A stretch of DNA of 64,000 nucleotides. It comes from the human T2T-CHM13v2.0 reference genome, Homo sapiens. Shown one piece after another: positions 57,340 through 64,000 of this stretch. A model generated the notes under the pieces. That model saw only the letters and a program-made list of their open reading frames with translations, searched no databases and was not told where the DNA came from. A program made the position numbers and the translations under genes. Location: the NCBI RefSeq assembly GCF_009914755.1, contig NC_060927.1. One strand, 5' to 3'. The stretch's first letter is position 1; each line of letters opens with the position of its first letter.

Positions 57340-58090
57340 TATTTACTTCTTTTTTTCCTTTTATTTATGAGTATGTAATGTAGGCACATGGTTTATAAAT
57401 TTAATGTATTTACATATATGTAGCAAAAAGTCTCCCTCCCACCCCTAGTCCTCATTCACACAATCTCATCCCTGCCTCAGGTAACCATTGTTATCAATTT
57501 CTTGTATAGTCTTCCAGAATTTCCTTAACATATATGAGAACATATAAACATATATTCTATTTCTCCTGTCCCATTTTTACACAAAAGGTTTTAGAGTATA
57601 CTTACAGTTCTGACCTTATTGTTTTCACCTAACATATCTTGAGTACTTTTCCAGGTTAAAACATAGAGACTCACCATTCTCTGTAAATCACAAATTATTT
57701 AGCTAGCCCTCTATTAATGGACATTTGGGTTATTTCCGTATACTTAACAATTACAAACACCAGTGCCATGAACCTTGTGCATGTGTTATTTTACATTTGT
57801 GCAAATGTGTTCTTTTACATTTGTGTAAATGTGTCCATAAGGTATATTCCTAGATGTGGAATTGCTGGGTTCAACATTGTATCTTGATAGATAGTGCCAA
57901 ATTGCCCTTCATAGTGGTCCTACCAACTTCCGTTTCTATCATCAATGCGTGAGAGTTACTCTTTCTCTGCAGCCTTAGCTACAGTAGTACCAAACAGATT
58001 ACGTGAAAAATGGTATCTCACGGTAGTTTTCGTTTGCATTTCACTTAGCTTGAGTAAATTTGAGCATGTTTTTATTTCCTCGTTTTATGT
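57340..58090 (-). mobile_element. Old L1M (L1MD/ME-like) 3' remnant
   Basis: ggtaaccattgttatcaatttcttgtat...taatggacatttgggttatttcc...attcctagatgtggaattgctgggt. Confidence 0.75.
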
Positions 58091-58109
58091 AACGATTTGT
58101 TAAGAATTT

Positions 58110-58480
58110 TTTACAGTCTGAATGCTTGCGTCCCTCCACATTGCATATATTTGAACTTAGTCACCCATGTGATGGTATTAGGTGGTGGGGCCTTTGGGAA
58201 GTGATGAAGTCCTTAGGGTTGAATGGGTTCGTGCCCGTATGAAGGGGACCCCAGAAACATCCCTTGCCCTTTCACCATGTGAGGACATAGGGAGAAGGCT
58301 CCATCTTTGAACCAAGAAGTGGCCCTTACCAGACACCAAATCTGCTGGTGTCTTCGTCTTGGACTTCTGATCCAATTGATAATCTCATCCAGAAACACCC
58401 TCACAGACACACCAGACACAATGTTTAATCTGGGCATCCCATTCCCTCCTTAAATTGACACAGAAAATTAACCGTCACAA
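58110..58480. mobile_element. MaLR LTR fragment (MLT1A/MST-like, +) joined to an MLT2 end (-)
   Basis: gtgatggtattaggtggtggggcctttggga...cagacaccaaatctgctggtg...ttggacttc; then ccagaaacaccctcacagacacacc...aaattaaccgtcaca. Confidence 0.8.
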
Positions 58481-58509
58481 ACCATACTGTCTGTCACTGC
58501 TGAGGCAGC

Positions 58510-58740
58510 TAGAATAACACAGTGATTAGGGGCTTGGGCTCTGGAGTCGTGTGGATGTGGACTTGGGGTTACTTCTCCCCCAGCTGTGTGACTTTGGGTA
58601 AGGCATTTAACCTTTCTGGGCCTTAGTTTCTTAGCTGTAAAATGAGGATAATACAACCTCATAGGATTGTTATGAGCACTAAATGAGATACTGTAAAAGT
58701 AAAGTAAGTAGTTAACAAATGTTAACTATTATCATTATTG
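58510..58740 (+). mobile_element. MIR SINE
   Basis: agctgtgtgactttgggtaaggcatttaacctttctgggccttagtttcttagctgtaaaatgaggataata. Confidence 0.85.
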
Positions 58741-59458
58741 GATAACCCAAGGTCAGAGGATGGCTCAGAGAAATAAACACCAGGCCCTTGAGAGAGCACA
58801 GTTCTGCCTGCAGTCCTTTCCCACTCCATTGCTAGGGGCACTAGAGTAAGTGGTAAAGCAGGGTCTTTAAATCATGGCCACTGCGGTCCCCGGGTGCATT
58901 AGCTTTGAAGCCGCTGGTCCCCTCCCGGCCAGTTCCGGAGTGGCATCCATCTTGCAGCATCTGAGTAAGGGAGAGGGTCCTAGCCACCACTGGAAAAGGT
59001 TAAATACAAGTACCCCCTGCCACCCAGTTCAAGAGCAGGGTCTCATCTGATGCAGAACTAAGGGAGGCCTGAATCGGGATCAGTGTGTTTCCAAAAGAAA
59101 GCAGCTCCCTCTAGATAAACAGGCCACTTTCCCCATGATTGCACCGTGATAGACGGTGTTAAGGAAAACAAATTTGTCCCCCTGCCCCTTGCTGGCAATC
59201 TAGGCCTCTCTATCTATCTTATTTAGTTGAAGCAGATAGTAGTTTTCCCACAATAAAAGCACAGCCATCCCCGAAGAATTCTGTGAACCTGTTTAGGGAC
59301 AGTTGTAGACGTGTGTATCTAAGCGCATGTCTCGATGTTCCTCCCCACAACAGTAACTGTGATTATTTTTGGGTGGTGAGGTTTGGGATGACTTACACTC
59401 TCTTCACAATGCGCGTAAATTATTTTTATACTCAGAGCAAAAAGCCATTTCCATTTTA

Positions 59459-59766
59459 TTTATTTAGTTTTTGAAACAGGGTCTTGCTCTTTCACCCAGG
59501 CTGGTGCAGTGGTGTAATTATAGCTCACTGCAGCCTCAAACTCCTGGGCTCAAGCAATGCTCCTGCCTCAGCCTCCTGAGTAGTGGGGACTACAGGCGCA
59601 TGCCACCATATCTGGCTTTTTTGTTTTATTTATTTTGTCTTGTTTAGATACGGGGTGAGTCTTGCTATGTTGCCTAGGCTGGTCTTGAGCTCCTGGCCTC
59701 AAGTGATCATCCTGCCTCAGCCTCCCAAAGTGCTGGGATTACAGGCATAAGCCACCAGGCCCAGCC
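59459..59766 (-). mobile_element. Alu (AluJ-like)
   Basis: gaaacagggtcttgctc...tatagctcactgcagcctcaaactcctgggctcaagc; TSD ttccatttta. Confidence 0.94.
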
Positions 59767-62700
59767 TACTTCCATTTTAGAAAAGAAAAACTGCCCGTGT
59801 ATCCCAAGAAATATTGCCCTCTTTAGTCAAATATTCAGCATTTCTGAGTACTCTATCTGCTACCCCTCAAATTGATGAGCAAGATCTGATTCTCAGAAAT
59901 CTCATCTAACTCTGTTGGCTTCTAAACTAAATATTGGGAAGCAGCACTTCATCATTCTTGATGGCTCTTTCTGGGAGTAAGTGGGACCAGCAGATATCGG
60001 GTCTGTCCATGGTCCATTTTGTCAGGACCCTGTGTCATTCCTGACTGCCCCCCAACACCAAATCTCACCCCTGCCAGTGCTGGGCCTCCCTGACCTGAAC
60101 TCAGCTCTCCTCAGTCCGGTTCTTGGCCTGGATTTCAATTCCATTGATTTACGTTTGTTTTTCCCCCCAATTTTCATGGTGACACATCTCAAAGCCAAAG
60201 TTGCCTCTTCTGGTTGAATGAAAAAATGTGCATGACTTTCTGGGTTCGTATGTGGGACCAAGGATCCCGGATCAGGCGACATTTCACATGATTTTAGTTC
60301 TGAGGTTAACCAGGATTCTTAGGATAGCGAACAATGAACGATGCTTTCTAACAACATGTGACCTGGGTACAAACTCATTAATTTACTAAAAGTTGCTCTT
60401 TCTGATGTGTCTGAAGCCTGTAGAGGCAGGACAGTCGTTCCGACTGCAAAGTGCTTTGCAAAGTATGAAAGATACTGAGTTGCCGGAGGCCTGCAAGCAG
60501 GAAGCCAGAACTGACGGCAGGCTGTCACTAACTGCTCTCCAAAAAAACAGTGAGGAGGACCAGGAGCCTTTGCCATACGCCAGGGGATTACTCTCTGGAA
60601 AAAACACAAGGTTGGCTGCCCACCAAGACACAAGGTTCCCAAATAGAGCCTGAGTCCTTGAGGGAGAGGAGATCTAGCTAAAAATAGCTATGACGTCCCA
60701 AAGTTGATTTTCTTCTCCCCCTCGCCTTTTCATTTTTTCAGTGAGTTCACCTAAAATAGCCTGGCAAAAGATTTTTTGCCCTTTAAGTGGAAAAAGAAAA
60801 CAGCTAGAGAGGTCAAGAGCTGAAGTTAAGGTTCTAAGAAGCCTGAAGTTTCCGCCCAAAAGACAAGGGGGTGATGGCCCTGTCCCGGGTGAAGGTCGCC
60901 TCCCTGAAGAGAAGGGCCGAGGCCTGAGGCTTTTCAGGGAATGACATGAGCTCCTGTGGCCCAGTGGACACATACAGGGGGTGACCAGAGCCTGGACAGG
61001 CATCCAGGTCACTGAAGGGCAAATTGGCCTTCAGCTTGAGGGAGGATGCCAGGCTCTGAGGTCCAGCCCCAAGGCTGGCATTTCAGGAAACCTAAGGATA
61101 ATTTGTGTTTGGGAGGCAGCATCCCAGGCCGTCTTACTCAGCCGGGAACCCCAGTGGGCGGGTCAGAGGCAAGATGTTTCATTATCACCTGCAGAAAGAG
61201 CTCCAACATGAGGAAGTAGGGTTTACCTAGAGATAGGGCCAGGTAAGGGAGATGCTCCCCATCCCAGGGGCAGTCAACTACTTACAAATACCTAGGGGAT
61301 TCCCTTCTCTGGGAGGGTTTTCCATTTTTCCACCCTTGCCTCAGAAGTGGAATGAATGCCTCCTTCCTCTTTGCCTCCCTGTCTCTGGCCTGCGGTCCTC
61401 ACCTCCTTGGGGTAGCCTGACTCGGACTCCTCCTGGAGTCCTCGTTGAGACAGAGCCACTACCTTAGGGACTCCTTTGAAAGAAAAATCCCAAGTCAGGG
61501 CTCAGCGCAGAAGGAAAAAGAGGCAGTGCTGTTCTCTTAAAACCAAAGCAATCACAATAGCAACTTGAGGCTGTATAATTATAATCCCTCAAATACAAGC
61601 AATGTTTTGTATTATGCAAAGTGTTGCCATCTACACTATCTGATTTCTTTAACAACTGCAAAAGGGATGAGGTAGAGGATTCACTCATTCATTGAGCAAA
61701 TATTGCCACCTCTATTTTACAACTAAATAAACTGAGGCTCAAAAAGCTGACTGACTTGTTGCTCAAAGCTGTACAACTAGTAAAGCTACACAGTCAACAA
61801 ATTTTAGACAGAAAAGTCAAATCCAGGTGCTTGTCTCCCAGTCCAGGGCTTCTTCACTACCTTGCAAAAGATTTTAGTGGGGGAGGCACATACTCCAGAG
61901 GGGGTGTCCCCAGGTGAAATTCACTACAGACAGTGAGGAGAAGCATGACTGATGTTTGAAGGTCCAGGTGTGTCCCACGGCCAGTGTTCAAATGCTACCA
62001 CTTAAGAGCACGTGAACTTAGGCAAGAACTTCACCCCTCTGATGGTGTCACTGCACACGATGGTCAGGATTAAGTCAGAGAGTATATGTTAGAAGTCTGT
62101 AATACAATGACTGGCATAGAATAAACACTCAATAATTTTAGCAGTTTTATTAGCATTATTTTCATAATGTTCATGTTACAGAGCCTAGTATCAATTTGGC
62201 AGACTCAGAAGCCTAGTTTTGCCAAAGTACTGAGAATGAATTAGTCTCCAAGACTGACATTTCAAGCTGGAAAAGAGATGTGCACTTTCCAAGGTGCTAT
62301 GTTCCCTGCAGAGTGAAATCTGTGTTCTGCCCAATGCAGGCTTCTCTCCTTAGACAGGTGGATCGAAAGGGTCTTGAGAGCTTGGCAGCTGACCAGGTGC
62401 TTGTCAGAATCCAAAGGTTAATGACATTGGGCTAAGCCTGACTCTGCCATCTTCACCATATGGGTAACGGCCACCTTTTGCCCACCCACTGAGGCACTCA
62501 TTCATTCAACAAGTGTCTTTTGAGCTCCTGCTGTGTGTTAAGCACTGTGCTGGCACAGGAGAGATGGTGGGAAATAGAACAGCTCCTGTCCTCATGGACA
62601 TTCTAGGACCAAACAAGTTAGGTCCTTCTCCCTGTCCCCCATCGATGGTGCTGGGAGTGGGCAGGGCTGACATTTGCTTCCCTGCTCCTTGTACTCTCTT

Positions 62701-64000
62701 TTGTCTACACTCAGCAGCCCTCCTTCTGATGATACAGATGTTTCTTGGGATATGCTAATGTCATACGTCCCTAAGGATGAAATGCAGCCCCCAACATATC
62801 CTCTCTCTCCCTGGCTGCTGGCAGTACCACCTCGCTCCGGGCCAGACCCAGGAAGACAAGCCCCACAGCCCAGTGTTGTGGGAGCACACATCCTGCATCT
62901 GCTCCCCAACTCTCTTCACCTGCCCACACTGCCCTGCTGTGGCCCCTCCTCAGCGCCCAGCCTGTGCTTTTTCTGGCCTTGGCTGTCCTGCAGCTCTCTC
63001 CCGGCTCCCCATACTTGCAGCCCACACTCTCAGCGCCCAGGGCTCTCTCCCCAGACAGGCCTTTAGGACCCCTTTTTGTCTTCCTCTGCACCCTCCCAGC
63101 TGGCTTTCCCTCCTGGTGAGAGTTCTTCCTTTCTCTCCAGGCTGCCCCCCTGCCCCTTACCTGTTCTCTCTCCTCCACCTGCTGCAGGCCCTCCAAACTT
63201 CTGGTCTTTTTGACCCCTGCCCTCTCACTCTTGGCGGCATCACTTTCTTTCTGAGTCCGGGATCTTTCCTAATTTTCATACACATATTTTCCGTCTTGTA
63301 CAAGAGCTTCCTTTTCAATATTAAAAAAATTAAAAAGTATGTGTGTAGGGGGGTGTCCATTTAATGGGAAATGTTAAGCCAATAATGGTATAGGGGGAAG
63401 GCAGATATTTCAAGATTTGAGAAGATGGGACAAAGACGGAAGCTTGGGCAGCAGAGAACTCATACACCCAACTGGGTTCTGGTCAAGTCTGCCAGACCCA
63501 AGTCCTGGGCTGCCTCTTTGAGGTGGATTTTCCTGCCACTCCTGAGATCATCTATCATGAGCTGCTTTTAGGGTGACCACTCAGAGGACCCTCTTATTTG
63601 CCTTATTTCAGGTTCTTGAGACACACCTCACATTGCATCCAGGTACCAACATATATACCTTCTCTGCCTGTGTGGATAATTTCTCCTTAAGACTGACTTT
63701 AATCTCCAGGTGAGCTTGTAATTAAACTGGAGCTCATTTTCCTATAGAAACACATGAACACGTGGTAATTAAATTCCAGACCAGTACATACACTGGATAC
63801 CATATCACTCATAAAGTCGTTGCCGAGAATCCGAATGGTTGTCTAAAGGGCCCCATGAGCTCTGCCTGTGGGTTCTGACTGCCACCCCAGGCTTGCTGGC
63901 AAGACACAGAGAACTTAGGCTCAGAGGTGGCATTAGAGAGGAGTTTGTCCAAGTGTCTGATCTGTGTGTGAGCCATGTTCCTCAAGATCATGGAAAAGGC

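Noticed and set aside
60393-63364. 86-aa (60393-60653) and 195-aa (62777-63364) ORFs as coding exons
   Set aside because: No recognisable domain or consistent exon structure. The longer one lies in C/T-rich, stop-poor sequence.

Overview
This is primate, very probably human, genomic DNA: Alu J/S/Y, L1PA, THE1, MST, MLT and MER elements are all present. I find no protein-coding exon, RNA gene or CRISPR array that I can support. The one clear genic feature is a CpG island (about 14.6-16.3 kb). It looks like the promoter and ATG-free first exon of a minus-strand gene, with a donor GAG|GTAAGA at 15682/15681. On that reading, 1-15681 is probably intron 1 and 16.3-64 kb is upstream or intergenic. 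I do not recognise the gene. The rest is a dense record of transposons, often nested and with readable target-site duplications (TSDs), plus simple repeats. The long ORFs in the track are explained by GC-richness, low complexity or repeat chimerism. I see no convincing novel biological system. The best leads are a 278-bp, 98.6%-identical dispersed duplication whose differences all lie at CpG sites, a 40-bp copy of first-exon sequence upstream, a U1 site directly beside an AATAAA inside exon 1, a fold-back 5'-inverted L1PA3, and a possible RTE-clade LINE fossil. Repeat subfamily calls come from remembered consensus features, not database searches, and boundaries of old repeats are approximate.
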